Positions 42,096-52,215 of a DNA stretch of 64,000 nt are shown here, piece by piece. The notes below the pieces were generated by a model that saw only the letters and a program-made list of their open reading frames with translations, searched no databases and had not been told where the DNA came from. The position numbers were made by a program, and so were the translations under genes. The DNA is from Methanobacteriota archaeon (GTDB lineage: Archaea > Halobacteriota > Bog-38 > Methanoflorentales > Methanoflorentaceae), in assembly GCA_963720465.1 (NCBI GenBank), contig OY970393.1, positions 2,016,001-2,080,000 on the forward strand, written 5' to 3'. How positions within the stretch are numbered: position 1 is the first letter of the stretch; each line of letters begins with the position of its first letter.

Positions 42096-43109
42096 TCACG
42101 GCACAAGCGGTGCACCGTAACTGAACTTCTCAAATTCCAAGACGTACTTCCATAGCAGTCGATCAGTGCAAGCCGCAGTGAACGACGTGCTGCCTTGAGA
42201 AAGCGAAAACTCCTTGATTTCTGAGACGACCTGCCGATCGCACTTGCCGCAGTTGTGCGGCCCGCGAGCTGTGCCCCCTCCTACGGGATCACAAATGATA
42301 GTAGCCATTTGTTTCACGCGCTTGAGAACTTCCACGGCGGTCCACAGCCAAGGAGGCCTATACAGCCTTTTTTTCCAAAGCCCCTCAACTAAGGTGCCTT
42401 TTTGCACGTTGCACAAGTTTAACGAGATTGTATCTGCGTGTGGGGCAGCGTCATGCGTAGATTGGATGGCGTCTTCCAAGGCTTCCAATTCTGTCAGGAA
42501 AGGTGGCTTCAGGAGCAGATAAGCCTTAACGGTCAGACCTTCAGAGTGCGCGACTTTGGACGCTCTGACGAAGTCACGAAACGTAAATCCCTTGTTGATA
42601 CAGCTATTCCGGATATCGTCGTTCGACGTTTCAAGACCGATCGCGACCTCAACGTGTCGATTGGATCTAACGACATCATCCAAAATCTCAGACGTCACGA
42701 ATTCCGGTCGGCTCTCAACAATGACCTTCGGCGTATCCGCTAACGCGGACAATATAGCGCCTCGCGCGTCGATCGGCATCTCTTCTTGATCGAGAAAGCT
42801 GCCTGAGGTGAAGAGCTTCACAATCTTAAACCGGGTGCCGTAGCGTGCAAGCACTTCGAACAGTTGCGTTTGAATATCCGAGCTTTGAGCGTCAGGATTC
42901 GAGTCAGCGATGTAGCCGCACATTGTACAGCCATCACGGCGCGCCCACGAGCAGCCTTTGGTCGTAAGAAGGATGGTGAGAGAGGGTACGATTTCGCCGT
43001 TGAGCAGATCCAAGCCGGTCCACGCGAATCGGTCGTGTGTGCGAGGGCCGCTTGTTTCTGATGCAGCCTGACGCGGATGACGCCTATGCGACGCTCGCCC
43101 TGTTTTCAT
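42096..43109 (-). CDS. archaeosine biosynthesis radical SAM enzyme RaSEA
   Basis: GCSW....GCTMCGY, KLFTSGSF, VESRP, YLLLKPPF, RGPHNCG; ATGA overlap with arcS. Confidence 0.88.
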   Translation of the reverse strand: MKTGRASHRRHPRQAASETSGPRTHDRFAWTGLDLLNGEIVPSLTILLTTKGCSWARRDGCTMCGYIADSNPDAQSSDIQTQLFEVLARYGTRFKIVKLFTSGSFLDQEEMPIDARGAILSALADTPKVIVESRPEFVTSEILDDVVRSNRHVEVAIGLETSNDDIRNSCINKGFTFRDFVRASKVAHSEGLTVKAYLLLKPPFLTELEALEDAIQSTHDAAPHADTISLNLCNVQKGTLVEGLWKKRLYRPPWLWTAVEVLKRVKQMATIICDPVGGGTARGPHNCGKCDRQVVSEIKEFSLSQGSTSFTAACTDRLLWKYVLEFEKFSYGAPLVP

Positions 43110-44791
43110 CGCGCATCCACGTGCCGCACAGCGACAGCGGCACCTCTTTTTGACGCTTGCATCTCCCAACCGCTCATAAGGGCTCTTCCGACTGCAATGA
43201 CGCGCTCGTTGAGCACGATCACTTCGTCGAAGGGCCGTATTCCAGGATCGGCTTTCAGCACGCCAATCGCAAAAACCGTTCCTTTCGGTACAAAGTCATC
43301 GATGTTTACGCAATATCGATTTTCGCTTGCGCGGAGATACCGTCGGGCGCCTTCGATTGTCAGGGCAAGAGTGCAGTAGGTACCTACGATGGTCGCTATG
43401 CGCGTTCCGCCGTCTGAGGCGTAGTAAGTCGGGAAAAGACCGCGGACCTTCGTCCTCTCTGCAAAAATAGCCGTCGAAGCGTGCGGGCCAAATTCATAAT
43501 CGGCGAGATCCTGTAGGTAATCAAACCGCAAATCGCGCTGCTTAGGTGAATCTTCGACTATAAGCTCCTGCGCGACCGCGCATAAGCGTTGGAGGGAAGC
43601 GGAACCCAGGATATTTTCGTCCTCGACAGTATGGGTTAGATCAACTCCGAGCGCAGCCGCCGCTTCGTCGCATACCTTTCGGTAGGGGCCACTCACGTGT
43701 GTTACCACTGTGTCGAAGGCGTTGGCCTCGAGATACTTCGTGAGACGTCCGATCACCCACTCACTCTCGTCGCACGTCCATTTGCCGGTAACCGGTATAT
43801 CGTAGTTGCTGGCAGGGTACATGATCTCGAGGCTGCGGGGAACGATGCCGATAGGCGACGTTATTATCGCCTCGTGCAGAAACTGGCGCAGTTTGCCCAA
43901 GCGATTAAGAATAATCCTGTGAGATCGTGACCGCGAGTATGGTTTGCGCGCCGAGCAGGGAAGTAGCAGGAGGATTCCATCTCTCTTATTAAGCCGCTCG
44001 ATGACGCGTTCGCCGAATCGGAGTATTTCTGGCCGATTCAGCGATTCTTGTGAACACGCGAGTAGCGTGGCCGTCCGTACGATAGGTGACCGGCGCTCAA
44101 AGTAACTATGCTCTTCATCGAGCAACCGTAGCAGCGCTGTTAGCATCGGGGCAGTTCTGCATCGTCCCTCGACGAGCTCTCGCAGAGTCCCGCGCTCGAT
44201 GTTTTCGCGCACGATACAGAGTTCAGCTTTGAGGGCGTGTCTGTTGTGCGCAGATAGTACTGTCACCCGCTGCTCTGGAGTCAGGTCCGCTACGTTGACG
44301 CCTCTGCAGGCGTCGCACAAACAATAAGAACGAGAAATCGCGTCAAACTGGCGTTCGCCTTCAGCAAAGAGGAGGTACCCCTCGCGCGCCTTGACTTCCG
44401 CCATAATTGGGTCGACGAGATCCACCCCCGCATAGACGAGCAAACTCACGTTGCCCGGGGTCGCCAACGCCGGGACATAAAGCGCTGAATCAGGATTTGT
44501 TGATTCTCTAACTCCTGTCAGCGCTTTGGTCAGGCCGCGCGGATCATCGCTAAATCTCGCAGCGCCACCAAGAATGACAACATCGGCATCAATTCGCTCT
44601 GCCCTATAATCTTCCTGATTTGTGATGACCGCCACGTCGAGCTCAGCGTTATGAATCGTCAATGCGTTGAGGAACTCAAGTTCCTCTTTGGAGTCAAAGC
44701 TAGAAGGGGTGGTAAGCTCTTCACCTCGCCACCTGAGCGTTCCGAGGCGGGCAGCTCCGTCCCGCCGTGTCACTTCAAACTGTCGCGGCAT
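43106..44791 (-). CDS. arcS: archaeosine synthase subunit ArcS
   Basis: RDGAARLG, PCSARKPYSRSRSH, TSPIGIVP, YDIPVTG.W, C-terminal PUA. Confidence 0.92.
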   Translation of the reverse strand: MPRQFEVTRRDGAARLGTLRWRGEELTTPSSFDSKEELEFLNALTIHNAELDVAVITNQEDYRAERIDADVVILGGAARFSDDPRGLTKALTGVRESTNPDSALYVPALATPGNVSLLVYAGVDLVDPIMAEVKAREGYLLFAEGERQFDAISRSYCLCDACRGVNVADLTPEQRVTVLSAHNRHALKAELCIVRENIERGTLRELVEGRCRTAPMLTALLRLLDEEHSYFERRSPIVRTATLLACSQESLNRPEILRFGERVIERLNKRDGILLLLPCSARKPYSRSRSHRIILNRLGKLRQFLHEAIITSPIGIVPRSLEIMYPASNYDIPVTGKWTCDESEWVIGRLTKYLEANAFDTVVTHVSGPYRKVCDEAAAALGVDLTHTVEDENILGSASLQRLCAVAQELIVEDSPKQRDLRFDYLQDLADYEFGPHASTAIFAERTKVRGLFPTYYASDGGTRIATIVGTYCTLALTIEGARRYLRASENRYCVNIDDFVPKGTVFAIGVLKADPGIRPFDEVIVLNERVIAVGRALMSGWEMQASKRGAAVAVRHVDAR

Positions 44792-44797
44792 GTCCTC

Positions 44798-46234
44798 TCA
44801 TAAGCGTAAGAGCGTTGCAAAGGAGCTTAATTCGGCGAGTGCGTCGCGATCCCATTCCTCATCATAGGCGAAGGTCACTTCGACATTTTTGGATTTGATA
44901 AACTCGATCAGGTTTCTCATGGCGGATTTGATTGAGGCATAGTCTGGATCTGGAACTTCAGATTGTCCAATAGGATACGTTTCGGCTAGTTCTGGTGGAT
45001 AGGGACCAAAAGGCGCTTTCATGAGCAGGGTCGTATCGAACTCGTGTTCCATAGTCCGCGTCTTCTGCCTGTTGGTCGTGATGAGCATTCGGCCGGTCAG
45101 GTCAAGTCTGCTGAGCTTTTTCACGTAGCGCGCAACTTCTGGCCGCGCGGCAGATTCTGTGCTAGTATAAATGAAAGACCGCTTCAAAGGTTCGATAGCT
45201 TCGAAGGAGGCAACGCCCTCTTGGATCGTTCGAAGGGCTTGTAGTAGCGCTGGATGTCGGCACCGCCTCTCCACGAGCTCCCAGAGTTGTCCGTCGAGTA
45301 TCGCTTGTTTGATGGTGTTGAGCTCACTAAATGAAACCCAAAGATTGTGTTCGGCAAGTTCCCGTTCCGTCAGCTTCCTATCTCCAGACGAGCAGACCGG
45401 ACACGCGCACGGCAGGTAAGCCAAATCTTTGAGCTTGTGAGTGCCACTCGGCGTCAGATAACGCCCATCTCTCGCGTAAAGCGCATAAGCTGCTGAGTCG
45501 AACAGGTCACAGCCTAACGCCACGGCGAGGGCGAACATCATGGGATGCCCTGCTCCAAACAGGTGAACAGGCTTATTCAACGCCAGTCCTGTCTTGCACG
45601 CCATAATGACGTTGCTCAGATCAGCATACCGATAGGATTCCATGAGCGGAACGACGGCACCAATAGGGTAGACGTCGGCGCTGAGCTTGCTGAGCAGCCC
45701 CGCATACCGTTCCCGCAAATCGAGGTGGGTCGAGCCTTGGATGGGCGCTGCTAAGAGCATGTCGGCGCCGCAGCACCTTGTTGCCTCTTCAATGCGTTCG
45801 AGCGTCACGTCAAGCTCCCTGAGCGCACGGTGATGTGAAACGTCTGGGGGCGTCGGGATATCAATTGGAGTTCCGATGTCCGACCCTGCATCGCGCTGGA
45901 AAGCCACTATCTCTTCTGAATGGATCTCTATGTCACCATACGTGGCGAGTTGAAACGATCCCGAATCAGTCATTATCGGCCCGTCAAATCGGAGCAAACT
46001 GTGAATCCCCGCGGAGAGCGCCGCCTCCCGCAAACGGGGACTCCGGTAAATGATATATGCGTTGGTCATGAGCGCTTCCGCTCCGAACTGGCGCATCTCG
46101 CTCGGCGCGATGAGCATTATGTTGAGATTTACAACCGGGAGTAAAGCTGGAGTTTCGATGTGGCCGTGTGGCGTATCAAGCTTGCCAATGCGCCCGAATA
46201 CGTCCTTGTGTGTGATTTCAAATCGATCAGGCAT
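44798..46234 (-). CDS. tgtA: archaeal tRNA-guanine(15) transglycosylase
   Basis: TPALLPV, MTDSGSFQ, IDIPT, QGS, HLFGAGHP, DLFDSAAY, CACPVC..HN. Confidence 0.95.
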   Translation of the reverse strand: MPDRFEITHKDVFGRIGKLDTPHGHIETPALLPVVNLNIMLIAPSEMRQFGAEALMTNAYIIYRSPRLREAALSAGIHSLLRFDGPIMTDSGSFQLATYGDIEIHSEEIVAFQRDAGSDIGTPIDIPTPPDVSHHRALRELDVTLERIEEATRCCGADMLLAAPIQGSTHLDLRERYAGLLSKLSADVYPIGAVVPLMESYRYADLSNVIMACKTGLALNKPVHLFGAGHPMMFALAVALGCDLFDSAAYALYARDGRYLTPSGTHKLKDLAYLPCACPVCSSGDRKLTERELAEHNLWVSFSELNTIKQAILDGQLWELVERRCRHPALLQALRTIQEGVASFEAIEPLKRSFIYTSTESAARPEVARYVKKLSRLDLTGRMLITTNRQKTRTMEHEFDTTLLMKAPFGPYPPELAETYPIGQSEVPDPDYASIKSAMRNLIEFIKSKNVEVTFAYDEEWDRDALAELSSFATLLRL

Positions 46235-46805
46235 CGCCACCTCGTGGCATGACGATGATCTCCCTGATCCGGGCATCAAAAAAGTTGTTCATGTGCGCAG
46301 GACGTATCACTACCGCCGTATCGGAACCGCTGCCTGTGCCGCCTACGGCGACAACGTCGGCGATAGGTATAGCCCCGGCATCAGCTGCCATAATAGCTAT
46401 CTCCACGCACACTTTGAGCCCGTGTCCAAGTAGTGAACGAAGGGCTTCTGCGATAGTCTCGACGCGCGAAACGCCGCCGAACTTCCTGGAAATACTCCTT
46501 TCGATTCCCGAAAGCACGTGTGATTGGGTCAGCACCGTGATTCCCTGCAGCTCGAGCATTTTCCGTTTTTCGGCGTCAAAACGCTGCGTGCCCTCTTGAC
46601 TGAAGCCCGTATGGTGTGTGACAACGACCAGTGCTGCTTTGTTTTCAAGCGCTTTTGCAAATTTAGTCGCGGTGGAGCCCGTCGTCCTAGCTACAACAAC
46701 TCGCTCGAGGCCGCTCCGGGTGATGTAGGCCGTGACGGCGTCGATGACATCTTCCGTGTTTTGAGGGCCGGGCCTCTCTAGATAAATGATTTGTTCTTTT
46801 CGCAT
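46227..46805 (-). CDS. pyruvate kinase C-terminal-like alpha/beta protein (MTH1675 type)
   Basis: PGPQNT, VVTHHTGF, GLKVCVEIAIMAADAG, GSDTAVV. Confidence 0.85.
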   Translation of the reverse strand: MRKEQIIYLERPGPQNTEDVIDAVTAYITRSGLERVVVARTTGSTATKFAKALENKAALVVVTHHTGFSQEGTQRFDAEKRKMLELQGITVLTQSHVLSGIERSISRKFGGVSRVETIAEALRSLLGHGLKVCVEIAIMAADAGAIPIADVVAVGGTGSGSDTAVVIRPAHMNNFFDARIREIIVMPRGGDA

Positions 46806-46845
46806 GGCGCACCTCTCTCTTGAGCCCACAAAGAGAAGCTCAGCA

Positions 46846-47415
46846 TTAGGATCCGCGCGTCTTCACCACGTCTTTAAGGATTCCGAGAGTCTCTCTCGAG
46901 AACATCTCGGCAATATCTCTTCCGATCGAAAGGCTTTCGTCTGGTTCGATGCCAAACGACGTTAGGCTTGTGATAGCGACACCTTTGGGCGTCCCGCTCG
47001 TTGTTACGTTAATCCCAAGATGCATCTTCTCGCTGGTTATGCTTGCCGTCGCGATGCTCACTGTGAGCTTCTCGTCTGCAATGTAAAGATCATCACCAGA
47101 TCTCGTAGTCTCAATACCGTACATGTTTAGCACGGCTTGCGCGGAAATAACGAGTAATCGCTGTAACAGGTAGGATATGAACATGTTTCCAGGACTGTCA
47201 AAGCGTTCAACGATGAGGTGGAGGACATCGTCGCCGGTTATTCTATTTTTTCCGCGAATATCTTCGCAGTCTTTCATGCGTTCTTCCGAGACGTCCATGC
47301 CACCCCGAAAAACGACAATGCAATCGCCGAGTGCACCATAGTTTTTGTAACCCCACAAAGGTTCTATTTGCGATCCATCGTAAAACACGGGTTCTTCTAT
47401 GACCTCAACGAGCAT
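46846..47415 (-). CDS. DUF366 protein (biotin/lipoate ligase-like fold)
   Basis: YDGSQI, RSGDDLY, KLTVSIA, HLGIN. Confidence 0.85.
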   Translation of the reverse strand: MLVEVIEEPVFYDGSQIEPLWGYKNYGALGDCIVVFRGGMDVSEERMKDCEDIRGKNRITGDDVLHLIVERFDSPGNMFISYLLQRLLVISAQAVLNMYGIETTRSGDDLYIADEKLTVSIATASITSEKMHLGINVTTSGTPKGVAITSLTSFGIEPDESLSIGRDIAEMFSRETLGILKDVVKTRGS

Positions 47416-47497
47416 ACCTCATAATCTTTTTCTGGACTTAAATAGTGATGGTTGCAAGGTTAACACATATTAAGACTTAGAAACAAACCTAGTTGTA

Positions 47498-48235
47498 GTG
47501 AAGATTATTGGCTTTTCGTCTCTAAAAGAGACGTTACTAGCATATCCTTCCATGCAACTGCTTTCGCTCTCAGGTAGTCTGTCGTTTGGAATCGGCAGGA
47601 GAACCTGCATCGGGAAGTGGAAGGCTGGTGAGTATCGTTCGTGCGATAGTGAAGAAGTCCCAGCATGCGGGAGTTGCCGTGAGTTTAATGCCTGCACAAT
47701 CTGCACCGGGACGTGCCTGAGAGACGAAAAAACGTGTCTAGAGGAGCACGCGGTATATATCGCTATGTTCAGACCCGACATTTTCAAGATCGGTGTTACG
47801 AAAGCAAGCCGCCTTAATGACCGGCTGCGAGAGCAAGGTGCAGATGTGGCTGCAGTAGCGGACTATGTCGTAGATGGCGAACTAGCGAGAAGACGCGAGC
47901 GTGAGCTGCAGAAGCGTTACGGGATCAAAGGGATAGTACGGCATTCTCAAAAAATGCTCGTTGATACTGAACTCGATTGGGCAGCTTGGGACGCGATGAA
48001 AGCTAAGATGGACATTGATGATGAAACTAAGCTCCGCTATTTTGATTTGCCGCTCTGGATGCGGCCCTTGCAGGTGAAGAATATGCTCTTGGGCAGCGTA
48101 ATTGGTGTAAAAGGGCGACTTGTCGTCTTAGAAAAAGACGCCACTCTTTACGGCTTTGACCTCAATGATATCTTAGGTGCAGAGGTGTTTCCGATTGGAA
48201 GCTCAAAGAGGCAGATATCGCTTCGCACATCCTGA
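47498..48235 (+). CDS. DUF2797 protein
   Basis: Cys-rich N-terminal half, HAVY, KIGVT..R..RLREQGA, GVKG. Confidence 0.8.
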   Translation: MKIIGFSSLKETLLAYPSMQLLSLSGSLSFGIGRRTCIGKWKAGEYRSCDSEEVPACGSCREFNACTICTGTCLRDEKTCLEEHAVYIAMFRPDIFKIGVTKASRLNDRLREQGADVAAVADYVVDGELARRRERELQKRYGIKGIVRHSQKMLVDTELDWAAWDAMKAKMDIDDETKLRYFDLPLWMRPLQVKNMLLGSVIGVKGRLVVLEKDATLYGFDLNDILGAEVFPIGSSKRQISLRTS

Positions 48236-48373
48236 GGATGCGGTCAATTCGGCCAAGCCACGCCACACGACGTTCAGGGCCGCTTGTTATATTCTGCCTT
48301 AGCTGCTTTTGCGATCACTCTGACGACCCAAGCGGATTCGAGGTAGCAAGAACAGCATACGCGCGATTCTGTC

Positions 48374-48934
48374 TCATTCTTGCTGGAAATCATCCAGTGA
48401 ATGCTGGAGCAAAGGGGAGGGGTACGTTATGTGGGCGCCATCAACCTTCGCAAAGGGGGTGAGCTCGTGGGTCGTAGAGCGAGACGCGTCCACAATATGC
48501 ACGACCTCCCACCCAAGCGTCAGAAGATAGTCAGCGATAATCCGGCGATGGCAACGCGTCCAAAGGATTTCAGCACACATTACGGCGGCGGTTTTTTTTG
48601 TGGCAAGAGAAGTAAGTTCAGCCAAGGCATCAGAAAAGGCGTCAGTTAGCGCGTAATCCGCGTAGTTCTTGAAACTTTTCACCCTCCACGCAGTGTTTGG
48701 CGAATCGTTCGACATCTGAGGTCTGAACCCCCCAAGTCCTTCTCCCATCCAGCAATATTGAATACTTGATCGCGGCAGCTCGTATTCAAGCACTTCCTTG
48801 TTGAAGTGAGGATTGGCGAGTGAGTGCGGATGGCTGCGCACGTCGATCACCGTTAAAACGGCATAATGCGACAAAATTGAAATGAATTCCTGCAGCGATC
48901 GATTCGAATGCCCCACGGAGTAGATCACCATCAT
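48374..48934 (-). CDS. DUF488 protein
   Basis: SVGHSNR, IDVR, LGG.R, MCAE...CHRRIIAD. Confidence 0.9.
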   Translation of the reverse strand: MMVIYSVGHSNRSLQEFISILSHYAVLTVIDVRSHPHSLANPHFNKEVLEYELPRSSIQYCWMGEGLGGFRPQMSNDSPNTAWRVKSFKNYADYALTDAFSDALAELTSLATKKTAAVMCAEILWTRCHRRIIADYLLTLGWEVVHIVDASRSTTHELTPFAKVDGAHITYPSPLLQHSLDDFQQE

Positions 48935-49198
48935 CGAGCTTCGCCTGTACTGCTAGTGTGCTAAATACTCTTTACATTTGCTCTTACGGCGCCAGCATTC
49001 ATTGACAGACGAACGGCAGGTCACGCACAAATCGGGCGCGCAAGCAGCCTGGTGGAGCGAGCAAATCTTATATCAGTGGCGCGCTCATCACTTGTTCAGG
49101 ACATAAACGGCTTCTAAACGCACGGAATAGTGTGAAAGCCTCTGTGCGTTGGCCGCGCGTATCCGTGAAGTCAGCAGATTGTAAAACGGGAGAAGTGT

Positions 49199-49423
49199 AT
49201 GAAGGTACCAGACACCGAAGGCAACAGGAAGAGCTGCATTTGTGATAAAGGGGATTGTCCGACGTACAACCAGAACGCGCTAACTGATACGCTTTTTTGC
49301 GCTATCGGCGCAAGTCCGAAGAATCCACGACGCGTTAAGTGTCCGTGTGACGTATGCCCCGTATGGGCAATGTTTGACCTCGGCGATGCCTACTACTGTA
49401 TAGAAGGGGCACCTAAAGAGTAA
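49199..49423 (+). CDS. DUF2769 Cys-rich small protein
   Basis: CIC..CPTY, LFCA.G, CPC..CPV, YYC..G. Confidence 0.8.
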   Translation: MKVPDTEGNRKSCICDKGDCPTYNQNALTDTLFCAIGASPKNPRRVKCPCDVCPVWAMFDLGDAYYCIEGAPKE

Positions 49424-49674
49424 CGAAGCTTTTAACGCCAAATGTCGCCGGATATTGCGCAGAGAGACCAGCGTAAGAAGCGCCTCTGACAAGACGTCTG
49501 GCGAAGATAGAAATCGACCACTTTCGTAGTGTCACCGTTGTGTTCTCTAAAAGGAGAGCCTCTTTCCGCAGTTCGGGCAGAAGTTGGCCACGTCGCAGTG
49601 AATTTTGTCGCGCGTGACAAAAAGGTTTCCTCGTTTGTAAAACCCAAAGCGCTAGGAATGTGCTCTTTTTGGTT

Positions 49675-49713
49675 GCACCAAAACCGCACCAAAACTACAC
49701 CAAAACTACACCA
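49675..49713. repeat. 11-bp tandem repeat RCACCAAAACY x3.5 at island edge
   Basis: GCACCAAAACC GCACCAAAACT ACACCAAAACT ACACCA, followed by a very AT-rich tract. Confidence 0.85.
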
Positions 49714-49774
49714 TTGAAACGTCCAATAAAATTATAGATTTATTTATATTTTAATTAATAAATAATAATTAAAT

Positions 49775-50180
49775 TCAGTTAATATTAAAATAACCCTTCT
49801 TTCTGAGGATTCCATAAATGTAATTCTCTGTTAACGGTTCTGTATAAGCGATAGCGATTAGATCTATTCCGTAGCTTTTACACAATTTCTTTTTGCATTT
49901 ATCCCTTTCTTGTAGATCTTGAAGTCCTCCGGGTCGTCCTCAGTGACTGAGTGGATAAAAATGCTGTTGTCCCCGATACTCAAAAGCAAGATTTAAAGAA
50001 GGAACAAATATGTCTCTAAACCTTCTCACCAATCAGGCCTGTTGTGTCTCAGTATTTCTTCTTCGCTACATATACGTTTAACAATTTGATGAAGAAGAGT
50101 CTCGCTAACCCATCCTTCCCCTACATCTCTAAAACCAAATTCCTGCCGAACGATATTTTCAATTTTCCTTAGAATTCCCA
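49775..50180 (-). pseudogene. PD-(D/E)XK / Vsr-like endonuclease pseudogene (C-terminal part)
   Basis: Manual translation GEGWVSETLL..RPDW*EGLE/DIFVPSLNLAFEYRGQQH..QERDKCKKKLC..IDLIAIAY, with two stops and one frameshift. Confidence 0.75.
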
Positions 50181-50423
50181 CTCCTTTCTTCCGTACAAGT
50201 CCCCCCTGACGGAAAATGAATCAAACGGGTGAAAACAGCGGTGTGACAGCTTACGTGTTGTTGTTTAGCTGCGAAATGCGCATCATTTCTAACGCACTTG
50301 GGTGAACGATTAGCCGCTGTCGTGACTCTTTTGTCTGTCGCTTTTCCTAGGAGCACGCCGTCGTCGATATAGTAATGTAGCGAAGTGTACGGCTCGGGAA
50401 GAAGGTTATGATAGCAGGCACGC

Positions 50424-50520
50424 TCATGATTATTCATACGTCCAGCTATATTCGTGCTGCTGGAGTAATCGCACCTGTATCCTTCTGATGATCCGTCGCA
50501 CCTGCTGCCGTGCGCGCGGT
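50424..50520 (-). pseudogene. 3' remnant of a paralog of ORF 52416-52670
   Basis: ARQQVRRIIRRIQVRLLQQHEYSWTYE vs ARQQLHRIIKRIQVQLLQSCEYGWAYE. Confidence 0.75.
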
Positions 50521-50527
50521 GCTGGTG

Positions 50528-50764
50528 CTATCTTTTCGGCTTTGTAGCGACAAGCGCCACGAGAGCAAGCAGTGACGCAATAATGGTCACAAGTTCCGCG
50601 TAGGCGATATCCACTGCGCCGCCCATCACATCACTCGCCGTTAAGATGATGACCCCCACGATATACACACCGATAAAGAGGGGCTGCACGTTTCTGTTGC
50701 CGCGCACTATGTAAACGAGTTGAATTATCCACCCAACAGCGATAAGGCCGAATCCGACAAGCAT
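50528..50764 (-). CDS. 3-TM small membrane protein (SemiSWEET/PQ-loop-like topology)
   Basis: 78 aa, three hydrophobic helices; family uncertain. Confidence 0.55.
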   Translation of the reverse strand: MLVGFGLIAVGWIIQLVYIVRGNRNVQPLFIGVYIVGVIILTASDVMGGAVDIAYAELVTIIASLLALVALVATKPKR

Positions 50765-50863
50765 TAAGGAACTAACCACGCACAAGCATAGGGGATAAAC
50801 GACTTTATAAGTTCCTCTTTTTCTTAACTACAAACGCTTGCTTATTCGGGCAATCTTAACGCT

Positions 50864-51314
50864 CAACGTGTGCATTTTGGTTGTCGTACTGGTAGCAAAG
50901 GGGTCGCAATTAACATCTGGATGTGCCGAGCAAGGAAACTCACGACTTTAAGCGTCGCCTTCGGTGAGATACACACCTTCGTAGATTTCAAGCACCGAAA
51001 TCGCAAGCTTCTCTGCGTCGCGTTTGCACGTCACCTGCTGCAACACTTCAAGGATCTGGCGGAGAGGTGGCTCTGCCGCATTTTTCCGCGTTTCGGCGCC
51101 CACGCGGCCCTGCTAGAATCGCAGTGACGAACGCAGCGAGGGTCTGCGCAAGTTGTTCTTTTAACTCAACGGCAAACGTTCGTAAATACGATCCTTCGAG
51201 CCGTTCGGCTCTGCCGAGACAGTAACTACACGCCGCCCCGTATATTACCACGTGCCTGAGCTGTGCCTCTCGCCGCGCTCTTTCGACTTTTTCTATTAGC
51301 TCTTCAAGTGGCAC
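50864..51314 (-). pseudogene. degraded hypothetical gene
   Basis: 88-aa ORF; protein-like sequence (LRQILEVLQQV..EKLAISVLEIY) continues in shifted frames. Confidence 0.4.
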
Positions 51315-51391
51315 GGTACGTAAGTAAGCGGCAAAGGGGTTGTAGAGCGCTTGCTGGTTCGTTTACGCAAATGAAAAAATGATCAATCAGT

Positions 51392-51634
51392 CTATCTCTT
51401 CTTTTCGCCCGTCCCGCATAAATAGTCGGCAAGCTGACTGAGCCACTGGTGGGCCACACGTGGTGTTTCTGGATCGTTCTGTCTGCGCGCAATCTCTTCA
51501 CATCTACTATTTGTCTCTTCTTCAGTTGGCAGGCATCCCTCATCAAAATCGGAGTAATCTGTTAATGCATAGCTAATCGCCTTGCTGTAGGGGTGTAGCT
51601 CAATGACCTTAAACGCGATATCCCAGAAGGGCAC
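51392..51634 (-). CDS. small hypothetical protein
   Basis: 80-aa ORF, no recognised motif. Confidence 0.4.
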   Translation of the reverse strand: MPFWDIAFKVIELHPYSKAISYALTDYSDFDEGCLPTEEETNSRCEEIARRQNDPETPRVAHQWLSQLADYLCGTGEKKR

Positions 51635-51668
51635 TTAGATGCTAGTAGCAGCCCTCATCGCGCGCTCT

Positions 51669-52215
51669 TTACTTGTTAGGGTGTTTCAGTCCCCACGGGA
51701 CCCAGATTGCGGTCTCTAATATTGCTACAACCGCAAGAGAGATGACGAACGTCCCGATGTTTTGCCAGATGCTAAAATCACTGGCATAGAAAAACAACCA
51801 GAGTCCCACGAACAGCAGCCATGCAAATGCGGTAGCGATGCTAGCAAACAGCAACAGCGAGGGTGGTGGGGCTTCCTGACCCTGCATTTTGGGTCTTTCT
51901 CTTGTTCTAGAAGCTCTTGCGCTGCCTCCGCCGCCAGCCCCAAGGACAATAAGGCCGATAACGTATCCGAGGTTATACCAAAATCCATTATTGTTGACCT
52001 GGTAAAGCACGATATTGTTGTCAAACCAACTGGCTATGAATGATAAGAAAACAATAAGACCTTGCCATAGACCAAGCCAAAAACCCGCTGGCGCCCCTGA
52101 CAGATTTCGGGTCGGTATCCCAACATGGTATACTATTATGTAGATTGCGACGGCTACTATGGCCAGCCCTATCAGGACAAAAAGTGGAATAAACTTCTTC
52201 GATTTTTTCGTCCAT
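51669..52215 (-). pseudogene. membrane protein (PAGFWLGLWQG family) frameshifted in an A6 run after codon 4
   Basis: ATG 52215 with SD; continuous frame SKKFIPLF..PAGFWLGLWQG..YQVNNNGFWYNLG begins one base out of phase. Confidence 0.7.

Noticed and set aside
49675-49720. Repeats ending in ATTGAAAC as a CRISPR array
   Set aside because: Units are 11 bp with no spacers; a single ATTGAAAC octamer is not enough
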